A DNA stretch of 64,000 nt from the human T2T-CHM13v2.0 reference genome, Homo sapiens: NCBI RefSeq assembly GCF_009914755.1, contig NC_060931.1; one strand, given 5' to 3'. Under the pieces are notes generated by a model. That model was not told where the DNA came from and searched no databases. It saw only the letters and a list, made by a program, of their open reading frames with translations. Position 1 is the first letter of the stretch; every line of letters starts with the position of its first letter. Both the position numbers and the translations under genes were made by a program. Positions 15,923-29,340 of this stretch are shown piece after piece.

Positions 15923-16213
15923 TTTTTTGTGAGACAGAGTCTCGCTATGTAAACAGGCTGGATATGATCTTGGTTCACTGCAAACTCCACCTCCTGGGTT
16001 CAAGCGATTCTCCTGCCTCAACCTCCCAAATAGCTGAGATTATAGGTGCCTGCCACCACGCCTGGCTAATTTTTGTAATTTTTTTTTTTTTTTGGTAGAG
16101 ACAATGTTTCACCATGTTGGCCATGCTGGTCTCGAACTGCTGACCTCAGGTGATCTTCCCACCTCGGCCTCTCAAAGTGCTGGGATTACAGGTGTGAGCC
16201 ACTGCACCCCGCC
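15885..16213 (-). mobile_element. AluS (diverged)
   Basis: T-rich tail plus Alu body. Confidence 0.9.
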
Positions 16214-16935
16214 TCCTTTCCATCTCTTATCACAAGTTACAATCAAACATTTATTCCTTTGCTTAGTGTTTACAGTCTGTCTTCTCAATTGTTTGTAAGC
16301 TTTGGTTCAGAAGAGACCATACTGGTTTTGCCCAACACCACAGCCCCTGCACCTTCCCCAGCATCTGGCAGATGGTTAGATTTCAGCTGCTGAATGAACA
16401 ATGAATGCATGAGTGCATGATGGATGGATGGATAAGTTCATGGGTGCGACCATGTATAGGATGGTGGTGATGCCCAGGTGGGAGGAGAGATGATTCGAAG
16501 TGGAGTCCGTGAGAACTAGACCCCAAAGGGAGATTTTTTCTTTATGTCTCGCCCTTAGGCTCAAATAGGGATCAGTTCATAGAAGCTTTAGGAGGAAGAT
16601 TTTCACACTGAGCTTTCACACATAGAAAAGCTATTTAAAAGTGAAGTGAACCGCGATAGCAGTAATTATTTCTCTGTTTCTGGAGGTGTTCCAGAACCAG
16701 CTAGATGATCTCCTGCCAGCAGTGCTATGGGGTTGGGAGGCGATCCCGGCATAAAAAGCGTTTGGTCCCAATGGCGTCTTGGGGTGCTTCCTGCTCTCTG
16801 ATTCTCTGGTTCCAGGTGCTTTTTCTTCTGTTGAGATGGAAGCAGCATTTGTATCCTTTGCTTTTCTTTTATTCCCCTAAATATGCTGTTGACTGATATG
16901 TTTCTCTGCTCTGCTTTCTTCCTCTGGGAATATAG

Positions 16936-17043
16936 ATGAGGTCTTGTCCGAAAACTTTCTGGACTATAAAAACCGTGGAGTCAATGGTTCTCATCGGGGC
17001 CAGATCATCTGGAAGATCGATGCCAGCTCGTACTTTGTGGAAC
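16936..17043 (+). CDS. HECW1: HECW1 coding exon (108 nt, phase 1 to 1): (D)EVLSENFLDYKNRGVNGSHRGQIIWKIDASSYFVE, part of HECW_N domain
   Basis: Acceptor ...cttcctctgggaatatAG, donor C|GTGAGT (17044). Continues the frame of the previous exon (G+AT = Asp). Confidence 0.97.
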
Positions 17044-18369
17044 GTGAGTACCTTTACCATTCTTGTGGCTTGGCAGACATGGATGAAGCAGAATTCAACT
17101 GTTTCATTATTTGTTCCCGTTGCACTGCCTCCACTAAGAAATGGGCCCTCTAAAAGAGAGGTGTAGATTTAAAGAGATCCTTAAAAAGATGTTCAGTAGT
17201 AAGTGGTGAGGTCTAGGGCAGTTGGATAAAAGCCAGCCAACCAGCCCAGAGGGCTGCCCCTTTAATACCAAGAAAGAGTTGGTTCCTATTCATAAGCCTC
17301 TGGACTTGGGACCCTTTGGCTCAGGTCCCTTAACTTTCACTCCATGGCTCCTCCGGGGGCATCTCCAATGTGGCCATAGTTAGACCAGGTCTTCTCAACA
17401 GGCATCCTACCCTCCAGTTTTGCCTTTGCTTGACCAAATCCTTCAAGGCTTCCTGCCCATGGTCCCAGTCTGTCAGTGATTTTCCACATTTTGCTCTGAC
17501 CTTTGGCTCTGGCCACAGCTCCCCCAGAGGGCTGTGAGACATTGGTACTACCAGCCTGTTTCTTTGATTTTTAATCTACTGACATTTCTGAATGTATAAA
17601 CTTTCTATCATATATCTTATTTATATGTTTTCTAAAATTTTCTTCTGCCTTTGAAAATAAATCATTATCAGAGTTATGGCAGGCTTTTTTCATGGGTCCC
17701 CATACTGGTATATTTCTCATTGCATGAGGAAATACCTAGGTGGGCTTCGTGTGTAGGTATTTCCTACATACGAAGCTCAGATTATGGGCTTGACATTTGC
17801 CAGCTGAGGGAATGCACAGCTTACCTTCAGTCCACAGCTCCTTCTCCTCCACTTGGGTATGGAGTGATTTCATGGACAAACTTCTTCATGCACTTTCTGG
17901 TTGTTAGCAGATGTTCATTCAATGTGGCATGTCAGAAAGGAAATGGAGTGATCTGTTATTCCGGCTATCCAGTTCTCAGAGAAAAAGATGCATGGCTAGG
18001 AATCTGAAGTTATCCATTGGCATTTGACTTGTGGTCCAGGAAAAACTATATCCTCAAGTATATTTTGCTTTCATTTTCATTCACCTTATTTTCATTCACT
18101 CCCTTGACAAACATTTTTGTAAGACCTGCTGTATTTCAAGGACTATAGATGTGAAGATGAAAGTCCTGGTGTCTGTCTTTGAAGAAACTTATGGTATCCC
18201 TGCTCCCGGCAATGACACCAATAGCTCTTTCTTGTGTTGGCTCATGCAGAATGAATAGACAACGAGGAAATTTTTATGCTATCAGGGTGTAGAGGGAACA
18301 TGATTTTGTAAGATATGGTTTCTGGCTCTTGTGTTTGAGATAGGCATAATAAAACTCCCAGCAAGAGAA

Positions 18370-18659
<290 letters not shown>

Positions 18660-19613
18660 AGAATTTCTTTTCTTTACTTATCTCCCTGGCTCTGGCTTTT
18701 CTCCTCTCTAATCCATGCCAGGCAAAATCCCTTAAACCCAATTTTGCTACCATCTGCCCCAAAGCTCCATGGATCCTCTTTCCTATTGCATCAGCTGCAA
18801 TCTCTCTGCTCAGCTGCCAAGCCCCAACATAAACTCGCCCTCAGCCCACAGCCCTACTTCTCCATCCTCCCCAGCAGACACCCTTCACCCTGGTCATGTT
18901 GACCTCTCCCATTACCTAACAAATAGCATCATTCAGCATAGGAAATATGGGCTTATTTGGGGTGTAAAGATGGCTCCAGCAAGTGGTACCTGATATAAAC
19001 CTCCTAAAGTTCAAGAAGAATGGAAAGGATACAAACTTGCATGAGTAGTGATTGTTAGACATAATACTCGAATGTGTGCACAAACCTACAATGGAAGTTT
19101 GGTAAGAGAGGTTTTTCTCTCTCACCATGCACCAATTTTTTCCCTTTGGCCTCTAATTAATTGAGAAATAGACATAAGAACCCATTTTAAGGTCACAGTA
19201 AAGTAGCAGTTCTCAATGGTGCTGGCACAAACACAACTTGAAAGTTTTTATCTTTTTTAAGTCCAGAAGATAAATATTAAGGAAGAGGAAATCCTAGGTG
19301 GGAATTTCAATATACCTGACTCAGATTCAAAGGGCAGTGACCACATCCCATAAAGCCACATCTCTTCTACACTTTGATACTATATGATCTCCTGACTATC
19401 TCCTCATTTGCATGGCCCAACACACCAAAAAATGGGGAATTTGTGTTGTAAATTAATCCAGCCCTAGTGCCATTCTCTTCAAAGCAGTTTTGAAAGATTT
19501 CTGTAACATATATAGAACATTTCTTGTATATTTATTCCAAATAACCACTTCATATAATTGTCCTCATGGGCAGTATGAAAACACACTTTAAGTATTATTA
19601 GAAATACATTATA

Positions 19614-19931
19614 GGCCGGGCAAGGTAGCTCACACCTGTAATCCCAGCTTTGGGAGGCCAGGGCAGGCAGATTGCTTGAGCCCAGGAGTTCGAGACCAAC
19701 CTGGGCAATGTGGAAAAACCCCATCTCTGCAGAAAATTAGTCACGTATGATGATGTATGCCTGTAGTCGCAGCTACTTGGGAGGCTGCGGTGGAAGCATC
19801 ACCTGTACCGTGGAAGTTGAGGCTGCAGTGAGCTATGATAGTGCCACTAAACTCTAGCCTGGCCACTGAACTCCAGCCTGGGCGGCAGAATGAGACCCTG
19901 TCTCATAAAACAAACACAACAACAACGACAA
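19614..19931 (+). mobile_element. AluJ with an internal ~20-bp tandem duplication
   Basis: gagcccaggagttcgag and gagctatgatagtgcc AluJ diagnostics; gccactaaactctagcctg/gccactgaactccagcctg duplication; TSD aaatacattata. Confidence 0.9.
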
Positions 19932-20045
19932 AAATACATTATAATATAAAACCATCTCTTTATAATACATAAACATTGGCATAATGGAATGAAAGCATAT
20001 TCAAACTTGGTCAAGCAGCAGCATCCTATAAAAAACAAATGGCTT

Positions 20046-20350
<305 letters not shown>

Positions 20351-22242
20351 GGCTTGCAGAAGGCATATTCCAAATAACTGAAAGTTGAACACTTTAGATA
20401 ATGACATTGTAAAATGTTTTTGTGCAGACTTGAGAAGATGTTGGTCCACAATATACCTGTTGGACTAGCAATGTCCCAGTGTTTTGGGAATATCAATGAA
20501 AGTGCAATGGGAAAGGCAGGTACTTACATTTTGCAAATATATCAAACTAATGTAGTATAATTTGTCAAAAAGTAAAAATTTATTGAGACAAAGCTTCAGT
20601 TTGCAAATGATTAGAGTATTAACTCAAGGCACATATATTAATATAAATAAAATAAGATGCTATAATGAATTATAGCTTTAGGGATCTGAATGCATTAAAA
20701 TTGTATATAAGATGCTATATAAATTTACATGTTATGTGAAATAATTAGTGCTTTCAAAAATGTATGATTGAGAGGTGCCAAATTAACAAGTAGGGAGAGA
20801 TTGGCTCTACGAAACGTTCTCATATGGCTATCCTTCCCTAACACATCCAAGCATCAAAGCTCTCTTGCTATAATAAAAATGCAGAATCCCAGCCATGATC
20901 CAAAGGGTTACAGAAGCTTCTATTATGAACTAAAAATAAGACTCTTTGCAGTCTCCCGGCAGTAATAAACACAATTAATCTAATTGGTAAATTATACTCT
21001 CTTAAAATTAAAAATAATTTTGTAAACATTAAAAATTGGCCAGATTTTAAACATTGAAGTACAACAGAAGCTCATTCTTTCTACCTGGGGATTAAATTAA
21101 CATAATAAAATAAAATGAGGTGTACCTTTTATTTTGGTTTTTATTTTTCCCTTTATTTTTTCCTTTTGTTATTTCTTTTTATGAGATTGGATGTATATTG
21201 CAGATGACCTGGAGTCTGCAGGGTTCTAATAGCACTTTTCTTTGGGGATAATGATTCAATTTAGAAGTAGGTAATTGCTATTGATTTATACAATTTTTAA
21301 TGGTCTGACTAAATCTGATTTTGAAAGTACCATCAAATTAGGAATATTTTAAACAAATATTTTCTGCACTCTCCAAGGAGTAACATACCTGATAAAAATA
21401 CTAAAGAAAATAAAGCCTGAATCATTTCTTATTCTCTGGCATAATTTTTCTCCAGTGGGCACCTGGCTATTTGACCATAGTATCAATGGCTATAACATGA
21501 GAACTCTAAAGATACAAACTTGAACACTGACAGAAGACAGAACTGGTGAAATCTTAAGTTGACCCATCCTATAAAGTCATATGATACTGTATTATTGTAG
21601 TAACTCAATTATCATTTTTTAATACATGCATTTGGGCTCCGCTGGCCCATTCAGACCTTCAGAGGGAGCTAGCACAGTCCTTGTTCATTGTGTATTTTGT
21701 CAGAATCCTTCCAAATCAGGGCTTGGATTGCCCCAGAACACTGAGATGAGGTGATCCTGAAAAGAAGGTATCCTGTCTTGATCTCTGGCCAAGATCTGCT
21801 CTGTGTACCTCCTTGTTCATCCAATTTTAGTAGGAAGAACTGGGCAGTGTGTCTGGACTGACCTCTGATTACAGCAAAAAGAGACCACTGCCAAAGGGGC
21901 TGCCCTTCTCCCCCGCCCTTGTGTTGTCGTCACTGTCGTAGGCACCGCCTCCTCACAGCTGTCCAGGCATAAATGAGAAATCAGGAGTCATTTTCAACCT
22001 CCGTGCCTTGCCCTAGTGTCCTGCCCCCGCCAGTCAGCACCACTCATCCCGGATCCCACCTCACCTCCCGGGTCAGTCTTAGGCTCGGCCTGTCTTGCCC
22101 CTCGTTTCCTCGTGTGAAATCCTGGCTGGATGCACACCCAGATTGCTGCACGCTGTGGTCTCATCATTCCCTGCACCCATCAGAAGAACGCCCCTCAACC
22201 TTTTTAGCACCTCATTTTAAAATCCTTTTCCATCATGCCATC

Positions 22243-22500
22243 TGTCTCAGTCCGTTGAGGCTGTTATAACAAAATACCTTACACTGGGGAATTCATAAAT
22301 AATAGAAATTTATTTCTCACCATTCTAAAGGCTGGGAAGTCCATGATCACAGTGCCAACAGATTCTGCTTCTGCTGAGGGCCTGCTCAGCTTCAAAGACA
22401 GTGCCCTCTTGCTGTTTCTGCGTAGGACCAGAGGGGCCAAAGGGGCTGGGGTGCCCCTTCAACCTCTCTTACAAGGGCATTAATCCCATTTAAATCATCA
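22243..22500. mobile_element. ERVL-MaLR LTR (MLT1A/MST-like), partial
   Basis: tgtctcagtcc...tataacaaaatacc...gaaatttatttctcac...ggctgggaagtcca typical MaLR end. Confidence 0.75.
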
Positions 22501-24261
22501 TCCCATATTTTAAAAACACACAGGGGCTCCTGATGATACATAACAGAAAATCTAAGCAGCCAACCTTACTGACAGTTTGTAATGACTCCCCCCTTGACCA
22601 TGGTGAGGTGAACCTCACACAGGTAGGGGCTGTCGGGATCTGCCTCCTCACTCTGGGCTTCAGCCAGTGGCTTCTAAGCCAGAGGCAGCATGATGGCCAC
22701 GGTGACTTGGGGCTCAACCCCACGCCCAGGGAGGCCCTCTGGACTCTGAGATTCTGTTTCTTCATCTATAAAATGAAAGTGATATATGTCCTCCACAAGG
22801 CGGCCCCATGAAGATGACCTGAAAAAACTCAGGAGAAGTGCCCAGCCATGTGTCAGGGACAGTAAGAGCTCAGTCAACACCAGACCCCCTGCCATAATTA
22901 GAGGGCTGTGAATTAGGAATTACAGGTGTCACTCTGAGAGGAAACAGGGCAGGATCGTACATCCACCTTTTATTTCTGCTCTGGAAATGAACATATTGGT
23001 GTCTTGGTGACAATTGAGACATGAATGGCTTTATGCTGAGAGTTTTCTGTGGGGAAACCCTCTGCTCTGCAGCCAAAGCTGGAGACCAAAGGGCACTGGA
23101 GGAAAAGCAGGGCTCCAGGGGAGCCGGTGGCCTTCTCTCCCTTGACATTCAGAGCAATGTTTCCCTGCGGCGAAGCAGCCAGAGCCAGAACAAGCTCGCT
23201 GGGACCAGAGGCACCAGCACCAAGACTAGACACAGGGGCTTCATCAGGCCACAGTCCAGATGGTTAAGGTGACATGTTGTTAGAGCCTTTTATTTCAACT
23301 TGGGCATGTTTTCACCAGGACTGCTCTGCCTTTAGAGCCAGTGTGGCTAAGGACTGCACCGCGGGCTGCCATTTTCAATCACTGTTGTGTTATTTCCAAG
23401 GAGATGTCTCAATCTGTGCTACAATAAATACTTGGGCCATAGGCGCTAAGCCCTTAAGAAGGTTAAGTCTACATGAGGAGACTGAACCCCACCTGTGCAA
23501 CGTAAAGGTGTGATCATTGCACTGCTTCACAGGTTTTCTGTTAGGAAAAAGTATGACTCCATATACATATCTGCAAGATAATAGGCGTATTTATATTATT
23601 GTGCCATCTGATTTTTTTATAGAGCTCCGTGGAAACCAAGACTCCCCCCACCGCTGCCCACCCACTTTAGCACTACGCTAAATTGAAATCATGGTTAAAA
23701 TTGCACTGTGTAACGGTCGTGAAGTAATTCGTGTTGCTTATATTCTTACTTGTGTTTCTTAAATTTTAGGAAAATAATATAGAGTTCACAGTGATACTCC
23801 TGAAATTCTTTTTATCCTTTCACCACACAATTAATTCCCCTCCCTGCTGTCCCTACCACCTAAACTTCTCCATAAACCTACCTCTGGTTATACCTCGTAC
23901 TCATGTTGGTCTTCCCTTCGTTATTTCCTTCCAGTTTTGCTTTAAAATCCCAAAAGAATTAATCTTGCTAGAGAGGCATCCCCTGGGTAGAGGAAGGAGC
24001 CCAAGCTACCAAGTCCATAGGCACTCTCTAGCAGCCCCAAGTGAAAGGGTTGGAAATATTCATACAGTGATAATTTTGTCCCTTTGAGGTTATCATGCAT
24101 CATGTGATATCATATATTAGATATTATGCATCCTGTGTGCTAATGGGATGTAGAAAGAACATAATAGTGATTAAAGAGCAAGATTAAAGGCACGGCAGGG
24201 TGGAGCTGAGAAGTACAGGAAAGATAAGTGCTTAGACTTTATGTAGTCTATGAACCATTTA

Positions 24262-24294
<33 letters not shown>

Positions 24295-24338
24295 CATTAT
24301 TATTTTAGTTTTAGGATGACATGATAAAACGGATTTGG

Positions 24339-24640
24339 GGCCAGGCATAGTGGCTCACACCTATAATCGTAGCATTTTGGGAGGAAGTGGCGGAAGGATC
24401 ACTAGAGCCCAGGAGCTCAAGACCAGCCTGGGCAACAAAGTGAGACCTCCATCTCTACAAAAAATAAAAATTTAAAAATGTTAGCTCTGTTTGGTGGCAT
24501 GCACCAGTAGACCCAGCTACTTGGGAAGCTGGGATGGGAGAATCACTTGAGCTGGGGAGGTCTGCAGTCTAGCCTGAGCTATGGAGCAAGACCTTGTCTC
24601 AAATTAAAAACAAAAAACAAAAAACAAACAACAAAAAAAA
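24339..24640 (+). mobile_element. AluJ
   Basis: Diverged Alu, gagcccaggag motif, (AAAAAC)n tail. Confidence 0.88.
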
Positions 24641-25379
24641 CAAGGGTTTGTGACTATTCGTGCAAGGCAACTTCAGGGAAACATATCCACCTTCAGCAAT
24701 CCCAGTCAAGGCCTGCAACATGGGACACAGAAGAAGCAGTGAACTAGAGGGGCTGCGGTTGCTGCTGGTCCCTGTCTGAACTGCATGGGGCTGCCAGAGG
24801 CCAATCTGACTGAACACGGCCAATGAGACAATGGCGTGTGGCAGTGGAGGGCCCAGCCCACGTGGGAAGACAAGACACAGGCGTGCAGTCACTTCTCAGC
24901 ACATCAAGGATTCCATTGCATCTGGGGGACATCAAAATTGACCTGCAGTGCATGGAGGTCTCAGTCCCTCAGATTAAATAACAAAGCATGACTGAGCGTT
25001 ATTACAGAAAACAGCCAGAAAGATATAACCGGAACATTCCATTCAGATTCGCAGCAATACAAAACGATGGTGCCGGCTTCCAGTCAGATACACGTCAGAT
25101 CTTCCCAATGAGAAGAAAACACTCAATCGACATAAATAAAGGGTCAAGGCCCTATTAACCCAAAGTCAGACTTTTCTGGATTAACCTTAAGTTGCCAAGT
25201 TGGTGTGAGAACATAACAGATACAGCTGTCTCTCTTAGCCCTATTGTGCTGGAGGCCTGCTGGGGATCGTGCTGGTCTCCAGGGGCTCAGATCTAGACAT
25301 GCAGGCTCCGTCCCTGCATGCCGAGGTTCTGGCATTACACTGGGGAGACAAGCATGTACTTCTTTTTGTGCTTTGTGTG

Positions 25380-26110
25380 AAATAGTAAGAGGAGGAGCCC
25401 TAGCCTGACCTTGGGGCAAAGACCTAATCACCTCCAAGTTACAGGAACTCGGCCAGTGGGAAGGAAGGTCTGGGCTCAGGGCCAAGTGGCATACAGGGGT
25501 GGGAAGGGGTGAGGCTAGGGTAGGTGAGACAGAATTGGAAAAGAAACATTCCAGGGAAGGAGCCCAGGGTCAGAGGTTCTAGGCAGTTTAGACATATGCC
25601 TGCAGAGCACACAGAGCTATGCAAATGCTTTAAGTAGAAAAAGCATTCCGATTAGGCTTGCATTCTAGAAACTGCATTCTGGCAGAAGTGTGGCGAGAAG
25701 ACTGTAAGGTGCTGATATTAGAGGCTTGAGACCACCAAGAAACTATGGCATAAAAACAGGTGAGAAACAAAGAACACCTGGAATGAGAAAAATGGAAGGG
25801 GCTGATTCAGAAAGAGGCTTAGGAGGTAAGATCAACATGGCTTGGTGAGGAACTGGATGTGTGCCTGGGGAGAGGAAAGGGGCAGAAGGAGAATCAGCTG
25901 CCTCTACGGCACATCATCCAAGACTGAGGGGTCAGAAAGGGGGCGAGTTTGGGGATTGAAGACACCAAGTTCAGGCTGAAGTGTCTGTGGGCTGGAAAGA
26001 TGCAGCACACAGTTGCCCGGACACGGCGTGCTAAGGAGAAGAACCCGGCTTTGAAACAGAGATGGGAAAGGAACAAGCAACTGCTGTGTGAAGTGAGGGT
26101 GTGAAGGACT
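25380..26110. mobile_element. L2 remnant (approximate)
   Basis: Purine-rich diverged L2-like motifs, e.g. aggaggtaagatcaacatggcttggtgagg. Confidence 0.5.
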
Positions 26111-26131
26111 TTGTGTAGGGGGAGTGTAAAG

Positions 26132-26262
26132 TAGTGTTTCTCAAAGTGTAGCCTGCTGAAAATTGCAAGGCAGTCGTTTACCCAGGGTGGTTATTAGAAA
26201 TGCAGATTCCATAGGCAAGAGCCTTTCTTTTTAATAAGCATGCCATGTTATTCTGATATGCC
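26132..26262. mobile_element. MER5-like hAT fragment
   Basis: agtgtttctcaaagtgt...ttagaaatgcagattcc...ttaataagc. Confidence 0.65.
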
Positions 26263-26379
26263 TGTAAATGTGAAGATGACTGATACAGACTGTGAGAAGA
26301 GGAGAGTTGAGGACGGAATTCCATCGAGGAGCAAGAGGAAGAAGAAGAGAAAGAGAGATCATGGAGTTAGGCAGGTTAA

Positions 26380-26842
26380 GGGTGGCCATAAATTCCCTGA
26401 TGCTCCTCCTATTGAGAGGCGGGGTCCATGTCGCCTCCCCTTGAGCCTGGGTGGGTGCTGTGACCTGGGCTGGTTTCCAAACTAAAGTACCAACTTCCAG
26501 CCTAGGCCTCAAGATATTGGAAGCTTCCACTTCCTCCCTCCTGGGACACTCACTCTTAAAGCCCTGAGACAGCTGGGCTGGGAGAAGCCCTGGCTAGCTG
26601 TGTTCGGGGCTGTGTGACAAGAGCATGCTGGCAGGCCCAGAGTTTCCAGCCATCCTCAACCAGGCAAGAGGCCACATCATACGTCTAGCCCTAGCTGCTG
26701 TCAATGGCAACAGCATGTGAGATCCGCAGGAGAACTGCCATGCTGAGCCCACACCTCACAGAACTTTGAGAGATAATAAGAGGGTGCTGCTGAAGCTGTC
26801 AAGTTTTTGGTTTGATGATTATACAGCCATAGTAACCAGAGC
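26380..26842. mobile_element. MLT1 (G/H-like) MaLR LTR
   Basis: ctcctcctattgagaggcggggtccatgtc...ccccttgagcctggg...cagccatagtaaccagagca. Confidence 0.7.
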
Positions 26843-27270
26843 ACCAGAGAAACCATCAAGAGCAAGGCCCTGGAAGTCAAGGGAGGAGAAACCATCAAGG
26901 ATGTCATCAATATGACCTGCTGAGCGCCACAGAGTCACAGAAGATACAGAAGTCACCTGTGGAGGGTGGCCATGTGGGGGCTATGGGCTTTGTCTAAATA
27001 GTTCGAGGAGTTGGTGAGAAAGACTGTAGGCTGAAAGGTATAGAGTGACTGGTTCATCCTGGTTTGCTGGAACTCTCCTGGTTTGGGCCCTAATAGTTCT
27101 GTGTCCCAGGAAAAAGCTCAGGCGTGAACATGCTGGAGTGGTTGGTGACCCTCTGGTGAGTCTGCACTGATAAAGAAGAGGCCAGGGGAATACAGCAGTC
27201 CTGTGGGATGGCTGGCAATGACAGTGGCTCTGAGAAGGTAACCAAATGAGGAATAAAATCAAAGGGAAGT

Positions 27271-27276
27271 CTTTTA

Positions 27277-27307
<31 letters not shown>

Positions 27308-27604
27308 TATATACTTTAAGTCCTAGGGTACATGTGCACAACGTGCAGGTTTGTTACATACGTATACATGTGCCATGTTGGTGTGCTGCACCCATTAACT
27401 CGTCGTTTACATTAGGTATATCTCCTGATGCTATCCCTCCCCACTCCCCCCACCCCACGACAGGCCCCCGTGTGTGATGTTCCCCACCCTGTGTCCAAGT
27501 GTTCCCATTGTTCAATTCCCACCTATGAGTGAGAACATGTGGTGTTTTGTTTTCTGTCCTTGCGATAGTTTGCTCAGAATGATGGTTTCTAGCTTCATCC
27601 ATGT
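27271..27604 (-). mobile_element. L1PA 3' end, 5'-truncated, (TTTA)n tail
   Basis: tatactttaagtcctagggtacatgtgcacaacgtgcagg is the canonical L1PA terminus. Confidence 0.93.
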
Positions 27605-27617
27605 AAGATCGGGGTGG

Positions 27618-28095
<478 letters not shown>

Positions 28096-29069
28096 CTAAG
28101 GTTCAGAGTGGTAGGTGGTGGAGCTGGGATTTGAGGTCAGGATTATCTGTTGTGCTTCAGCACCATGGCAGAGCCCATGGGAATGTCAGAGATATGGGAC
28201 ATTGAAGGGCAGTTTGATGGATTGAAGGCCATGAGGAGTCAGTAGGCAACAGGATCCAGAGAACAGTTATGGGACAGGACTTTCCTAGAAGCTCTTGACT
28301 GGCTAGGGGTGGGATGACCAGAAGTGTGGGTGACGCAGGTGGCAGGTGCAAGATGGGAACAAAGAGACAGGAAGAAATGTGTTTCTGCTGACCATTCTAC
28401 AGTGCCCGCTTTCCTAACAAGAAGAGAAATAATAAGAAGAAATTGGAAGAACTCAGGAGTGATTTTCATCTACACAGATGTGGTACAGTGAAATTGGATC
28501 TCTACAAAAATAAATAAATAAATAAAAAGCTTCTCCTCTTCCTCTTCAAAGCCACTCTACATACAAAATGAATCTCTTTTGCTCAAAATCACAGACACAC
28601 GGAGCTGGAACCTCAACCCGGGCTGCTGAGACCCTCTAAAGACTTCAACAACCCAAGGAAGGGACTGTTAACCCATTTTGATCTCCATGAGATGGATACA
28701 GATCCCCAGGCATGCGCACAGGCCACATTCTTGAAATGGGGCCTTGCTCTAAAGGCCTGTGGCAGGTGTGTGTGGCGAGAGGCCAAATTTGGCAGGCAAG
28801 AATATGGGGCAGACAAGGGACACTGACCTAACTAAGATTCTGTGTCTGGACCTGCAGCCAGGTGGGTGAGGCAGTGTCTGAAGGGCATGGCAAGCTGATC
28901 ACCACGGTGTCCAATTACACAGACAGACACAGCAGATGGGAGCAAAAGCGGCTGCGGTCACTTCAGGAGTGTGGCCTGTGCTCATCCCTGGGGAACAGTA
29001 CATGGGCTGCAAGGTCCGACCCCTGGGCTGTTGTTTGGGGTAAGGCTACTGTCCTGAGTAGAGGAATAA

Positions 29070-29340
29070 CACTAATAATACCAGCAGCTAAACTTCTTTG
29101 AGCCATCCCAATGTACCTGGCATCATGCTGAGCACCTTAAATATATTGCCTCATTTAATCCTTATGGAACCCTAGATGGCAGATATTTTTATTTTTCCTT
29201 TTTGTTAATGAGAAACCTGAGGCAGAGGAAGATAATTCAACCGGTCCCATAGTCACAGGTAACAAACAAGTGATAGGACTGGGATGGGAACCAAGACAGC
29301 CTGCCTTCAGAGACTGCTCTTTAGCCAATAGACCAAAGTA
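29070..29340. mobile_element. MIR
   Basis: cctcatttaatcct...aatgagaaacctgaggcagag. Confidence 0.7.

Noticed and set aside
26847-26900. 14-bp direct repeat gagaaaccatcaag with a short spacer (CRISPR-like spacing)
   Set aside because: Only two copies in human intronic DNA; a micro-duplication, not an array.
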